62,969 nt of DNA, filler included, from Octopus bimaculoides (GCF_001194135.2; 5 parts of 5 records of this genome joined end to end with filler, not necessarily neighbours in it); one strand, 5' to 3'. Shown: positions 40,095 to 53,051, counted from the whole stretch's first letter. Numbers and translations: made by a program. The notes: a model not told the origin generated them from the letters alone.

Positions 40095-40480
40095 GCACAC
40101 GCACGCAAGTTTGCTTCCCAGGCACATAGCTCTAGGGTTCAGTCCCACTGCGTGGCACTCAGGCCAAAACCTTCTGAATGAATTTGGTAGACGGAAACTG
40201 AAAGAATCACGTTGCATATATATATTTCTATCTATGTCTATCTTTGTGTCTGTGTTTGTCCTCCACCAGCGCTTGACACTCGGTGTTGGTGGGATTATCG
40301 CTTCTGCTAAAACAGCAATAAAATAGAATTTATCACTTCGGCTAAGACAGCAATAGAATAGAATTTATCACTTCGACTAAGACAGCGATAGAATAAATAC
40401 CAGGCCTACAAAAGTTGATTCATTCGATTAATCTTCCTTCAAGGTGGTACACGAGCATGACCGCAGTCTAATGACTGGAC
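40095..40480 (+). mobile_element. Degenerate SINE family B copy with an internal 35-bp triplication
   Basis: GGGTTCAGTCCCACTGCGTGGCAC...GGTAGACGGAAACTGAAAGAA... The 35-bp unit CTAA(A/G)ACAGCAATA(A/G)AATAGAATTTATCACTTCG starts at 40307 and 40342, with a partial copy at 40377. Confidence 0.8.
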
Positions 40481-43400
40481 CATGCAAAAGATAGAAGATA
40501 TATTCAAACATACTTATTAGTACTAGACTGTGAATGTTGTAGTTTTCCTTTGTCCTTAGAAGATTAGTGACAGGTGTTTGTTTCCAGCTTTTATGTCTTA
40601 ATCCAACCTTAAAACGGACGCCGCAGAAGATCACGAAGGCTACAAATTAACTCAAAAGGATTGTTTAGGTACACATAACTTCGATTTGTAATATATGGTG
40701 ACTTGTAACATGCGGATGTCATATTTCATACCCAGTGTTAAGAACTTCTACTTACACACCGACGACAAACTTCATGTTTGATATCAATTCATTCCATTTG
40801 AAAATTTAGTTCTGAGAATCTTTTTCAGGAGAACTAGATTGAGGGCTTAACATGATGTATTGTTACTAGCTATCTATTGTATTGGCAGATTTCCTCTCAT
40901 TTATTTCAATTTTTGTAATTTGTAATTTCTTATAGAGTCATATATATTTCTTATTCGCTTTGTTACTTGCCTACAGCATTTATGTGAATACTGAAAGAGT
41001 TATGGCTGTCTTAAACGTTAATATTTTGTGTCTGTGGATCTATAAGAAATGGATTCATTTCTGATCCATCATATTGTCATCGATTTATATAGTAGTTAAT
41101 TGTATGTTTGTAATGAGTTTCTATTCATTTTAGTTTCATCGGAATCATGGTAACGTATAATGGAAAGGTATGGTTCACTCCAGCAATTCTATTGTTAGGC
41201 ATTTTCAATTGATCTTATCTGTATAGATGTCTAGCCAATGTAGCAATTACAGTGCAATTGGAAATTTTCTAATTGCACTCGCCAAACTATAAACTACACT
41301 GATCTCACCTGGAAGCCAAAAGTCCGAAGAGTAGGAGACATGTGTATGAATGTTTTACGCACGCACATAATTTCTCTTTCTCAGTAACACAGTGGGAAAT
41401 GTATCGATATCTATATTTGCTTGTTGTTACTGTTGCCTGCACGATAGAAAACGAAGTGAATTATTATCTAAATTTAACTTATATGTCTGACATATATGCT
41501 CTTAGTTGCTGGACAGTAAATGTATCTTAATAAATATTATGTTTACTGTCTTCGTTTCACAGTTACATTTCTAAAGCTGCTGTACACAAGTCGCTGATAT
41601 TAATATGTATTTATTGTTTTCTCTTTGTCAGATTGTTGTTTCATGACACACAATAATTCTAGTTGCGCAATAATCGTAGCATCGAAATAATTAGTTAAAT
41701 TCATATAATTTCGTCCTAATCTATACACCATCAGAAAATGTTTTCATATTCAAAATGTATCGCAATACCTTGCAGTTGGAGACAACTAACTTACTGTATA
41801 TATCACGACATTATTAAAGAATGAAGATAAATTCTGGAATAATAACCGCTTATCACATTTTATCACCAAAAGAGTCTAGATTCTCACTTTTACTTAAGCG
41901 TAACGTTAACTTTGAAGTTCTAGCAAAGAGACACTATGTATATAACTACTAGTAATGTAACTGGTGTTTTTGAAACGTAATTCTCATCTACGGATTCAAA
42001 TCGAAAAACATAATTGGTGTTGGTATTTGAAAATATTTAGAATCAATAGATTGTGACAATATCGTCGTTTTAAGAACGTGCAGTACTATATTAGTTCCTT
42101 TGCTCTTTTCGGCGAATTAAAAATATAGAATACGATGTTTAAGAATGTTTAGAACACTTTCATAATGGACTCACACTGTTTAACAAAGGTATTCTAAACT
42201 TAAAGATTACGGAACATAAAACATCTGCAAAAGAAGCGGTTTAGTTCAGGCATGATGGAAAGAAGTTTTTGGGCAAATGCTGTTCCAAGTTTCTGCCTTT
42301 TCAGCTATGCAAAAATATATGTATATATTCTTAATATAATGGTTAAAATATTGCATGAATAAAATAAGTTTCGAAACTGAAACTAACATACATACATTCA
42401 TGTATATCGAAGCGAACATCGGTGCGTATTGAAGAAATTCATTTCAAACCATATGCTCTCTGTTGGATCCCAATGCACATCATTATAAACAGGGCTTGGG
42501 CTAAGTGCTACAGGTGTCAAGAAATCGTAAGAAACAAGCTGTTGTTGACTATTATGCATATATATGTGTGTGTATATGTGTGCGCGCGTGTGTGTATGTG
42601 TGTATTCATATATACATGCTACATATCACCGTAGGTTTGATGATTCGGCATATAGAACAAAAATAACTTTAATTTTGTTTCGAACAGTTACGTCCCTCTA
42701 CCCACTGAATAACTTGTCATTCTGCCGATAAGGTTTAAAATAAATAAGTAATTAGCAAGCAAAGTCGTAGAGTCGATGAAATCAACTAAAATCATGCAAG
42801 ATGGCAACACCGATGAACACACATAGGTATGGACCGAAGTACGCGATAAATGAAAGCAATATTATTTTAAGAGTATTGGAAACACTTTTATAACAGTTGA
42901 AATATCCTCATGAACAAGGCAGAAAAAGAAAACTATCTATAATACCTTCTAGCATAAACATTAGGATATACATGTTGGCAGAGGTAAAGGAAATTGATAA
43001 AAATCAACTCCAATACACTATTACTTCTACATTTTATTGATCTTCGGAAAGATGAATTGTAATAGTAAGGAAAATCAGAAAGGGAAAGATAGAAAGTAAA
43101 CAAATATATTTAGTTTCTGCTACTAACATTTATAATGATGGTAAAATAATGTTTTGTAACATGAGCACAGTCCCACGATTTCAAGAGGAAGTTGTAGATA
43201 AATTAATCGCTTCATATATTGCATCAGCTACTTGCCTATGTACGTGATCTGAAATGTCTTCTTGCTGCCAATAACGGGACTAATTGCAAGTTATCAGCTC
43301 TTAATACTTCCCATAATCCTTTACTGATACCTCCTGAAGCATTTTCCATAATCCTCTTTAACTAATAATTCTGGAATCTCTAACTAGAAAGAAAAAAAAA

Positions 43401-43524
43401 TTGAAAAAAAAACAAAACAGACTCCTCCAATGCACCGTGCGTAGTTTGCCTTAAACATAGCATCGATATAGCTAAGTGCCCAATAATCCTTACAGTGCAC
43501 CTTTAGCATTATAAATGCATATAA

Positions 43525-43624
43525 NNNNNNNNNNNNNNNNNNNNNNNNNNNNNNNNNNNNNNNNNNNNTTAATTAATTAANNNNNNNNNNNNNNNNNNNN
43601 NNNNNNNNNNNNNNNNNNNNNNNN
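43525..43624. other. Artificial scaffold join: 44 N + TTAATTAATTAA + 44 N
   Basis: Same geometry as 21498-21597. Confidence 0.92.
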
Positions 43625-43673
<49 letters not shown>

Positions 43674-43902
43674 ACATTCATGACAAATACAACAGGTTGT
43701 CGTAATACACGTATTACATGTAAAGCACAAAAAGATTTTGCACACACACACACACACAGATATACACATGTGGTGTGTGTTTAAGATAGAGAACCACACA
43801 CACATATACACACACACACATACACACACACACATGCACACACACACATGTTCGTGTTTACATACGGGGGTAAAAGAGCTGGATACTTGGTATAGTGAGT
43901 GT

Positions 43903-43948
<46 letters not shown>

Positions 43949-44037
43949 TCAGTAGAGATGCCTTCTCCACGAAGAGAATACGTATATATTTATTCTATCG
44001 GCTTCGGCTAGGGGTTGTAGCTATACTGGGCCATTTC

Positions 44038-44158
<121 letters not shown>

Positions 44159-44473
44159 CTACACACACACGCACACACATGAAGGTAAGTGCAGATTACC
44201 ATACCTAAAATGGTGATCAGAAAACTGTTAATCAATTGGAATTATGTAACCGTTGTGTGAAAAAAAAAACATCAACACTAATAATTGGTATTTAAAAAAA
44301 TGGCAAGGGAGAGAACTTGAATATTTATTGAACGAATATTAAACAGGAGTGACAAACTCGGGTATGTTTCGGCCGTGTTACATCTCTTCAGGAAAGCATA
44401 ATCGATAGCCAACTACAAAAATCATAGAATGATTTGAAAAGAAAGTCTTTGTGATTGTGATAATTGTAGTAAT

Positions 44474-45468
44474 GGTTTCAAATTTGGGCCTAATGTCAGC
44501 AATTTTAGGGGAAAGGAGTGTAAGTCAGTTATTCAACTGGTACTTTTTTTTAACCCTTAAAGGATGAAAGGCAAAGGAAGTCAGCGAAATTTCAACTCTG
44601 GTCTTGTGCCAAAAAGGAACCAGAAGAAAATCCGCTGAGCATTTTGTCCGCTGCGGTAACAATTCTGCCAGCTCAGCTCTATAATAATAATAATTATTAT
44701 TATTATTAGTAGTATTATTATTATTTCTTCATTGCCCACAGGGGGCTAAACATAGAGGAGACAGACAAGGACAGACAATGGGATTAAGTCGATTACATCG
44801 ACCCCAGTACTTAATTTATCAACCCCGAAAGGATGAAAGGCAAGTCGACCTCAGCGGAATTTGAACTCAGAACGTAAAGACAGACGAAATACCGCTAAGC
44901 ATTTCGCCCGGCGTGCTAACATTTCTGCCAGCTCAATAATAATTTCCATGGTAAGTAGCTTGCTTACCAACCACATGATTCCGGGTTCAGTCCCACTGCG
45001 TGGCACTTTGGGCAAGTGTCTTCTACTACAGCCTTTGGCCGACCAAAGCCTTCTGAATGGATTTGGTAGACGGAAACTGAAAGAAGCCCGTCGTATATAT
45101 GTATATGTATATATATTTGTGTGTGTGTGTGTCTGTGTTTGTCCCCCACAACATCGCTTGACAACCGATGCTGGTGTGTTTACGTCCCCGTAACTTAGCG
45201 GTTCGGCAAAAGGGACCGATAGAATAAGTACTAGGCTTACAAAGAATAAGTCTTGGGGTCGATTTGCTCGACTAAAGGCGGTACTCCAGCATGGTCGCAG
45301 TCAAATGACTGAAACAAGTAAAAGAGTAAAGAGTAATGGCACAAGGCCTGAAATTTGTGAGGAAGGGACTAGTCGATTACTTCGGAATTTGAACTCAGAA
45401 CATGTAGAACGACGAAATACCGCTAAGCATCTTGCCTGTCGTGCTAACAATTTTGGCAACTCGCCGCC

Positions 45469-45524
<56 letters not shown>

Positions 45525-46300
45525 AATGGTTTCAAATTTTTCCGCAAGGGCAGCAATTTTGGGGGAGTGTATGAGTCGATTACATTTATCCTAATGTTCA
45601 ACTTTTACTTAATTTATCGACCTCGGCGGAATTTGAACACAGAATAGTAAAGACGGATGAAATGCCGCTAAGCATTTTGCCCGACGTGCTAACGATTCTG
45701 CCAGCTCGAAGCTTTATAATAATAATAATAATAATAATGATACTTTCTACTATACGTACGAGGCCTGAAATTTTGGGGGAGGGGACCAGTCGATTACATC
45801 GGCGCCAGTACTTCACTGGTACTTAATTTATCGACCATGAAAAGATGAAAGGCAAAGCGACCTTGGTGNNNNNNNNNNCAAATTTTTCCGCAAGGGCAGC
45901 AATTTTGGGGGAGTGTATGAGTCGATTACATTTATCCTAATGTTCAACTTTTACTTAATTTATCGACCTCGGCGGAATTTGAACACAGAATAGTAAAGAC
46001 GGATGAAATGCCGCTAAGCATTTTGCCCGACGTGCTAACGATTCTGCCAGCTCGAAGCTTTATAATAATAATAATAATAATAATGATACTTTCTACTATA
46101 CGTACGAGGCCTGAAATTTTGGGGGAGGGGACCAGTCGATTACATCGGCGCCAGTACTTCACTGGTACTTAATTTATCGACCATGAAAAGATGAAAGGCA
46201 AAGCGACCTTGGTGGAATTTGAACTCAGAACGTAAAGACGGACGAAATGCCGCTAAGCATTTTGCCCGGCGTGCTAACGACTCTGCCAATTCGAAGCCTT
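44474..46300 (-). mobile_element. Head-to-tail array of SINE family A copies separated by (TAA)n
   Basis: Copies at ~44474-44680, 44723-44934, 45338-45470 (core deleted), 45528-45715, 45743-45868, 45879-46060 and 46089-46300. Sense-strand A-box-like TGGCAGAATCG and B-box GAGTTCAAATTCC. The last two pairs are partly an exact duplication. Confidence 0.9.
44948..45333 (+). mobile_element. SINE family B, near full length (tRNA-derived CORE-SINE, OR2-like)
   Basis: TGGTAAGTAGCTTGCTTACCAACCACATG..CCGGGTTCAGTCCC (B-box-like), CORE-like CTTTGGGCAAGTGTCTTCT, central (TA)/(TG) tract and tail (GTAAAAGA)n. It sits in opposite orientation inside the family A array. The OR2 assignment is from memory. Confidence 0.85.
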
Positions 46301-46309
46301 ATAATAATA

Positions 46310-46340
<31 letters not shown>

Positions 46341-47388
46341 TAATAATGACCTACAATCGGTGCTTGTGTTTTTACTTGCCAAAAGACCCTCCCACAGTTT
46401 GAAACTCAGAATCTAATGAAAATAAATAAATAATAGTGATGATGATGATGATTGTTTGTGAAAATTGAGGTTTGTGTTAATATGATAAATTTGAAGTGGT
46501 CTTAAATAAACAGTAATTAGTTTCGAACGACACTATATTTTATTAATGAGTCGGCATTATAATTAATTACTTCAGTTTTATCTATGTAATAATCATTAAC
46601 AAACCGCTATTTATATTTGCATCCTTTTCATCTTCGGTTTCTTTAAAATTTTTTGTTTGTATGTATTTGTTTTTATTATTTACGTATTTATTTTTGATGT
46701 TGTAATTATGCCAGCAACTTTTTTTTTAGAAATTGCGGAAAATAATCGATAATAAATTGTGAAATATCGAACACGGTGCTTGATTGGTCTTTGGTAATCA
46801 TAATTAGATGTTGGAGGGAGGGGGAGAGGCGTGATGTCTTGACTGCTTGTTGATTTCTGTGAAATACATATTTTTACTACATGTTGTTGTTGCTGCGTAG
46901 CCTGTGGTCAGTCAGTCAGGATTGAATAGACCTCTAATCAAAGGCTTTCCACCCACGACAATCCCACCTTTGTACAAGAATGTTCAACTGCATTAACTAA
47001 TGTGATCTCTGTGGGATAGATTCAGTTGCTATTTCTAGCAAGTTTTGTGACTATGTAGAGGATCCCTCGTTGATTTGTCCTGAGTTACATGTTTGTGTGA
47101 TTTCTTTTGTAATATAATTTACCTTTAGACTAATGGAAAGCGTAATTCGCTGTTCACTGTAGACGGTCAACCGCTTATAAATATAGTTTTCTCGTTCTTT
47201 CTACGACTTTCTCCTGGCGAAGCATCTATCCAATTCAAATTATCTATAGAAATTGGTTGGCATGCAGAAACAGTATGCTGTGGAGACTTAGAAACGTAAT
47301 TTGTGTGTATACGTTTGGGATGCGATGAGAAGGACAGTAATCGACTATCAAACGATTACAACACTGGGATATCAGAATTTTATATATA

Positions 47389-48240
47389 CTAGATGTATCA
47401 GTGACCCGTCGGCTCACAACCACTCCAAGTTGAAAATGTCGATGCGCGGCGGCAAAAGGAAAAAAAAAAATACTATTTCGAACTTTACGCAATAAAATTT
47501 TTAATACAGTTCTCCTACCTTTGGTGTGACATCATAAACACGACCAAGTGTTTCTTCTTTGAAAATGGCCTTCAAATGGCCTTCAACTTTTTTCCTCGCT
47601 TTCTTCTTTGCCATTCTTTATTACTACCGTCGCCATTCTGTGTTAGTACAGTTCCAAGTAAAATACATGGGTACTTCAGTATAAAGTAATGTTTTTGCAA
47701 AGTCGTCATTGATGCACAATGAAAAGAATTCTGTTCTCATGTCATTCAATTACAGCCATATATATCCTCACAATTTCGGAGTAATATTCTTTGTTCATCT
47801 GGTAGGTGAACTTGCAGTCTCATTATAGCAGGTGCTCTTTCATGAATTGAAAATCCTAAAATGGATGCAACTGCTTCGGATGGTCCAATATACTTAGCCA
47901 TTAGATAGTATCTAATTTCGTTATCATTGTTTAATTGAATAGCGGCTTGGTCATTTCCTTTTAGCGTGTACTTAATGACGTACTTATTTTACCTCACTGA
48001 GGCAACCATTTCAACGTTGCAGTGGCATTTGAATGCTCTTAAAAGAGATTCATTATAAGGTACAACTCATCTGCTGTTGTCTGTTTTTTTTTATTCTTAT
48101 GAGATTCAACTCCTCCCATTGCCACTGATCTTCGTCTATAAAAAAGATCGTCTCTCTGTTTTTCTGCCTTTTAATACGATAAAGATTGCTTTCTTGTACA
48201 ACGTAGACATTTCACCCGAATTTCTTCACAAATTTTTGGA
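47389..48240 (-). mobile_element. Internally deleted Helitron: Rep C-terminal/linker coding relic plus canonical 3' terminus
   Basis: Manual translation gives DNSR*VVPYNESLLRAFKCHCNVE...KYVIKYTLKGND...EIRYYLMAKYIGPSEA...FSIHERAPAIMRLQVHLPDEQ...TEFFSLCINDDFAKTLLYTEVPMYFTW...WQRRKRG...TLGRVYDVTP...ILLRKV. The 3' end is hairpin GTGAGCC-GAC-GGGTCAC (47417-47401), 8 nt, then CTAG (47392-47389) followed by T. Confidence 0.92.
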
Positions 48241-48580
48241 AAATTCAGTACCGCGATCGATTCGTTCGACTAAACTCATCAAGGCACTGCCCCAGTATGG
48301 CTGCTGTCTTGTGACAGAAGCAAGAAACAAAAAATAAAAAACAGAAAGAATATGAGCGAACGAAGGAGCTTCTACGCAATCGGTTGCCATGCTAGAAATA
48401 ACAATCAAATATCCTCAAAAACTTATCTTACCATGTTAACTTGAGAAGAGTTCACTGGATATATATTCGTTGGTATACAGGATGGTCACGGGCGGAAAAA
48501 AGGCCCTTGATCATCGGAGTCATACTTACAGGAGCAGGGTTAATCTAGAGCTGAGAGGCAATAGTAATAATAATAATAAT

Positions 48581-49207
48581 CCTTTCTACTAAAGGCACAA
48601 GGCTTGAGATTTGTGGGCTGGGGGGAACTAGTCGATTACATCGATCCTGGTATTTCACTGGTACTCATTTCATCGACCCCGAAAGGATGAAAGGCAAATT
48701 CGACCCAGGCGGAATTTGAACTCAGAACGTAGTGGCAGACGAAATACTGCTAAGCATTTCACCCGACGTGCTAACGGTCCTGCCAGCTCCACACCTTAAC
48801 AAACAACAACAATAATAATAATAATAATAATAATCTTTTCTACTCGAGGCCCAAGGCCTGATATTTGTGGGAGGGGGATAGTCGATTACATCGACCCAGT
48901 ACTTGACTGGTACTTAATTTATCGGCCTCGAAAGGATGAAAGGCAAAGTCGACNNNNNNNNNNTCATCATCATCATCATCATCATCATCCTTTCTACTGT
49001 AGGCACAAGGTCTGAAAATTTAGGGGAGGAGACTTGTCGATTACATCGACCCCAGTACTCATCTGGTACTTAGTTTATCGACCCAAGAAGGATGAAAGGC
49101 AAAGTCAACCTCGGCAGAATTCGAACTCAGAACGTCTTTAAGACATACGGACGAAATGCTGATAAGCATTTTGCCCGGCGCGCTAACGATTCTAGCAGTT
49201 CTCCGCC

Positions 49208-49209
<2 letters not shown>
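48581..49209 (-). mobile_element. Three SINE family A copies head-to-tail, separated by (AAT)n/(ATC)n
   Basis: 48581-48797, 48835-48953 (cut by a 10-N gap) and 48989-49209; tail variant GGCCTTGTGCCT..AGTAGAAAGGATTATT. Confidence 0.9.
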
Positions 49210-49252
<43 letters not shown>

Positions 49253-49255
49253 GTG

Positions 49256-49749
49256 ATTTCATTTATTTGCCTCAACGGCGAAGGATGAGGGGGACAATAC
49301 AGAGACATACATAAAGTGTTGGGGCTTACATATAATAATGAAATGATAAAAAAAGAAAGATGTATACACGGTATACATTGGAAAAGAAGAGACATATATG
49401 CATAGCATACAAAGGTAAAAAAGAAAGTGGGAGGATGATAGAGATGTGGCCCTCTTGATACAGGAACACTTCTAGGGATAATCGAGGAACCCCACTGTCC
49501 GAGATTTCACTGAAACCCCTAGAGCAAGTGCCCTCTTCAATTCCTTCTCTCCGACTCACAGGTCTACACTTAGAGAGGTACCATCCACTCTTGCTAGTTT
49601 CGCAACTTTCACCCACCTTTCAATGAACTCACTCGAGGACAGCACTTCCCTCTCCACTCTCAATTTCCTTTTCAAATGAAACTTGAAGAAGTCAATGAGA
49701 GCTCTACCAAAGAGGAATATATCTGTCCTCATGCCTTTCAGCCTTGTCC
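49256..49749 (-). mobile_element. Tx1/L1-clade 3' end: ORF2 C-terminus and 3'UTR
   Basis: 49702-49556 reads ALIDFFKFHLKRKLRVEREVLSSSEFIERWVKVAKLARVDGTSLSVDL* (F..RW...-type L1/Tx1 C-terminus). A ~300-nt 3'UTR ends GCCGTTGAGGCAAATAAATGAAAT followed by (TTA)n. It is cut by the scaffold join. Confidence 0.65.
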
Positions 49750-49849
49750 NNNNNNNNNNNNNNNNNNNNNNNNNNNNNNNNNNNNNNNNNNNNTTAATTA
49801 ATTAANNNNNNNNNNNNNNNNNNNNNNNNNNNNNNNNNNNNNNNNNNNN
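49750..49849. other. Artificial scaffold join: 44 N + TTAATTAATTAA + 44 N
   Basis: Same geometry as the other three. Confidence 0.92.
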
Positions 49850-49881
<32 letters not shown>

Positions 49882-50101
49882 ATTCATATACATACATACG
49901 TACATAAATAAATATACACACACACACACATGTATGGGTGTTTGTGTGTGGTTCTGTGTATACACAGATACGTATATACATACGCATATATATATATGTA
50001 TGGATATAGATATTTACATACATATACATACATACGTACAAAAATATATACATACATGCACATACACACTCACACACACACATATGGGTGTTTGTGTGTG
50101 G

Positions 50102-50217
<116 letters not shown>

Positions 50218-51044
50218 GTAACACAGAGAAAGATTGAATGAGCAGGGTGGAATGATAGAGCTTCACAGAAACTATTTATCCAATGCAGCAGCGTGGGTTC
50301 AGAGATAATGCTTGTGACGCCGTCAATTGTGGTGAGAGGATCAGTGATGATGATGATGACGGTGATGATGACGATGATGATGATGACAGACGATATAGCC
50401 ATGGTTATGGTGGAACTATTAATCACGGGGTGGTGGGGGGTTTCATGTTGAATAAATGTGTAGGACGGTTCCAGCGATATCGTTGGTAGAGGGATCTAGT
50501 TAAAAGTACTTACATCCAGTCTAGATTCGTTCCTAGAGTTCAACAAGGACACTGTAATTTCGGTAAAAAATAAATTCTGTGGTAGGCTCAGGCATGGTTG
50601 TTTGGTTTAAAGAGTTCGTTTCTCAATTTTGTGGTTTCAGGTTCAGTTCCACGGCGAGGCGCAATGAGTTGGTGTCTTCCAATTTTGTGTTTCTTTAGCG
50701 GTGTCCGGTCTGCTGTAAATTTTCCGACTAGATTTCCAGTTTGAAAATTTCTCTCTCCGTTTTTATCACCATTCTCGGTGGCTTTGACTCTCTGTTTGTC
50801 TTTCTGTCTATCTGTCTATCTGTCTATTTATGTCTCTCTGTGTCTGTTTGTCTGTTTATTTATCTCTCTCTCTCTACTGTCTGTTTGTCTGTTTATTTAT
50901 CTCTCTCTCTCTATCTGTTTTTCTGTCTGTCTATCTCTATCTGTTTGTCTATCTGTATGTATATTTATCTCTCTCGATCTGTCTGTCTGTCTATTCATTT
51001 ATCACTATCTCTAACTACGTATGTATCTATCTATCTAGCTATCG

Positions 51045-51170
51045 ATGTTGTCGACTTTGCCTATCATCCTTTCGGAGTCGATAAATTAAATACCAGTTGC
51101 ATACTGGAGTCGATCTAATCGACTAGCCATCTCGCACCAAATTGCAGGCCTTGAGCCTAGAGTAGAAAAC
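51045..51170 (+). mobile_element. SINE family A, 3' half
   Basis: GTCGACTTTGCCTATCATCCTTTCGGAGTCGATAAATTAAATACCAG...ACTGGAGTCGATCTAATCGACTAG...GGCCTTGAGCCTAGAGTAGAAAA. Confidence 0.85.
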
Positions 51171-51895
51171 AATATTAGGAGAAACCCAGATTTAAAGCAG
51201 AACTGGTGCAAAGAGGATATAAGATTGATGAGATGGCGGCGAAATGGATTTCACAAACCTGGCTAACTGATGATTTGAGTGAGAGATTAATCAATTAGGT
51301 TACTCGATTAGTTAATTCGTTAAATTGTTAACCAATTGACTAAAAGCAATAAATGAAGTGAAATAAAACCAGTGCGTGTGTATTATTGGTGTAATGACTA
51401 ATGACCCTCCCACGATACAACAACAATATTTCTCGGAGTTTTTGAGGTGGTATTAGCGTCTTTTGGCGTCTATTTTCTAGCGCTTGGAGAGGCTTATAGC
51501 CATTCCCTTGTTATGATTATGTATATAATTATTATAATATTTGTAAAATTCACCTATAAGGTTTTTATTTCCGCGCTGACCCCTTGGTAAAATCATTAAG
51601 GATTTTTACCCTTTATTATAATTAACATATATGTATATGAATGTATATGTGTGGATATGTGTGTATTTATGTATATAGATAGACAGAAAGAGACAGACAG
51701 ACAGATAAACAGACAGATGTAGGAGTCCTGCCAACAAAGTAGCCACTATATGTTAGTAATTTCTTCTGAAAGAAACAGTTTTATTATTCTTAATGGTTAT
51801 CTAGATTGCTCGAAGTTATGTTTGCGCAGGTGATGGTGAAAATGTGAAATCTTCAAATACTTATTTATACATGCCAATCCGCACAAACACCTACA

Positions 51896-51946
<51 letters not shown>

Positions 51947-52838
51947 CAGTTATGTAAAGTCATGCATATATCGATGTATATTTATATAAGTATATATTTG
52001 CATTAATATCCATAAATATTTATGTATATGAGTATATGTACTTCTTAATCAGATATATAAATATAAGAGTCAATCTGAGACACCCGTTTAAATTCATATC
52101 CTTCGTCGGTACATAAATATATCTGGAATATTGAAAATGCTCGAAGATTTTGTAAATAGTCTAAAAAATGTTTAGCCTTTCTGCATACCTTTTACATCGT
52201 GTTGAACTGTACAAAATATATTCCACCCAACAGGTGCATAGAAGCACATCTGTTAAGATTCGTGCAAGTTTTTCTCTCAATGTATATTACATATAGACGT
52301 CATGCAGTATCTATGTTTCACATTGACGACTTTAACATCAATGGTCATGATGTTATTGTTGTGGATTACTGCGCTGTGTCGGAGTTATTAGTTATAAGAA
52401 GTTGTCCAAGTTTCTTGCTTTCATTTTTTTGTTTTTTGTTTTAATTGAGATGACGAAGTGTGTCAGTGGTGTATATAAATATATCAGGTGTTCCGTTTAA
52501 TGATACATCAAGAAAGTTATTCATCTTCATAATTTCTTATTTGCTACTTTGAGCGCTTTATATTTTCATTGCACATTTCATATAGTTTATAGAGGATCAT
52601 ACAGCGCTGTTGTTGGTTTGTGCTGCTTTTCTGGATTTCTCATTGAAAATTACGACAGACTCAATTAAAATATTACTCTTTTCTCCTATTTATTTAATAT
52701 TCCAAGTAAATATATACTTTATAGCTACAGTTATTTCATCTATATTCAATGTCTTTGGAGAAGGAGCGACAACACAATTCTAATTTTCCCGCTTAAATAT
52801 TTTCCTTTTCCTATTGGTGTTGGCTCTTAACAAGATTA

Positions 52839-53051
52839 TGACGAGGTGCTGAAAAGTTCATGGCCTTTGGTAAAAGAAAATACAAGAGGATCAGTTAATG
52901 ATGAATCAACATATTCCCCACTCAGATTCTCACACGTATCGCAGTGGTCCTTCAGTTTTTTAAAGCCCTGTAAAAGAACTCGGAATGTTGGGCCTCCAAA
53001 TAGGCCCTTTTGTGACATCCGAAAAGCTAGGAACTTTCCAGCACCCCTTCG
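52839..53051 (-). mobile_element. Mariner-derived miniature element with TA flanks
   Basis: TA at 52837-38 and 53052-53; TIRs (GAGGTGCTGAAAAGTTCATGGCCTTT / AAAGCTAGGAACTTTCCAGCACCCCTTCG); remnant GFKKLKDHCDTCENLSGEYVD. Homologous to 15146-15364. Confidence 0.88.

Noticed and set aside
44355-44396. Minus-strand CTGAAGA...CCGAAACAT as a hammerhead
   Set aside because: Stems I and II do not pair convincingly.
45533-46214. 336-bp direct duplication (45533-45868 = 45879-46214)
   Set aside because: Identical by eye, including the (AAT)7 length, and separated by exactly 10 N. This is typical of unmerged overlapping contig ends rather than a biological duplication.
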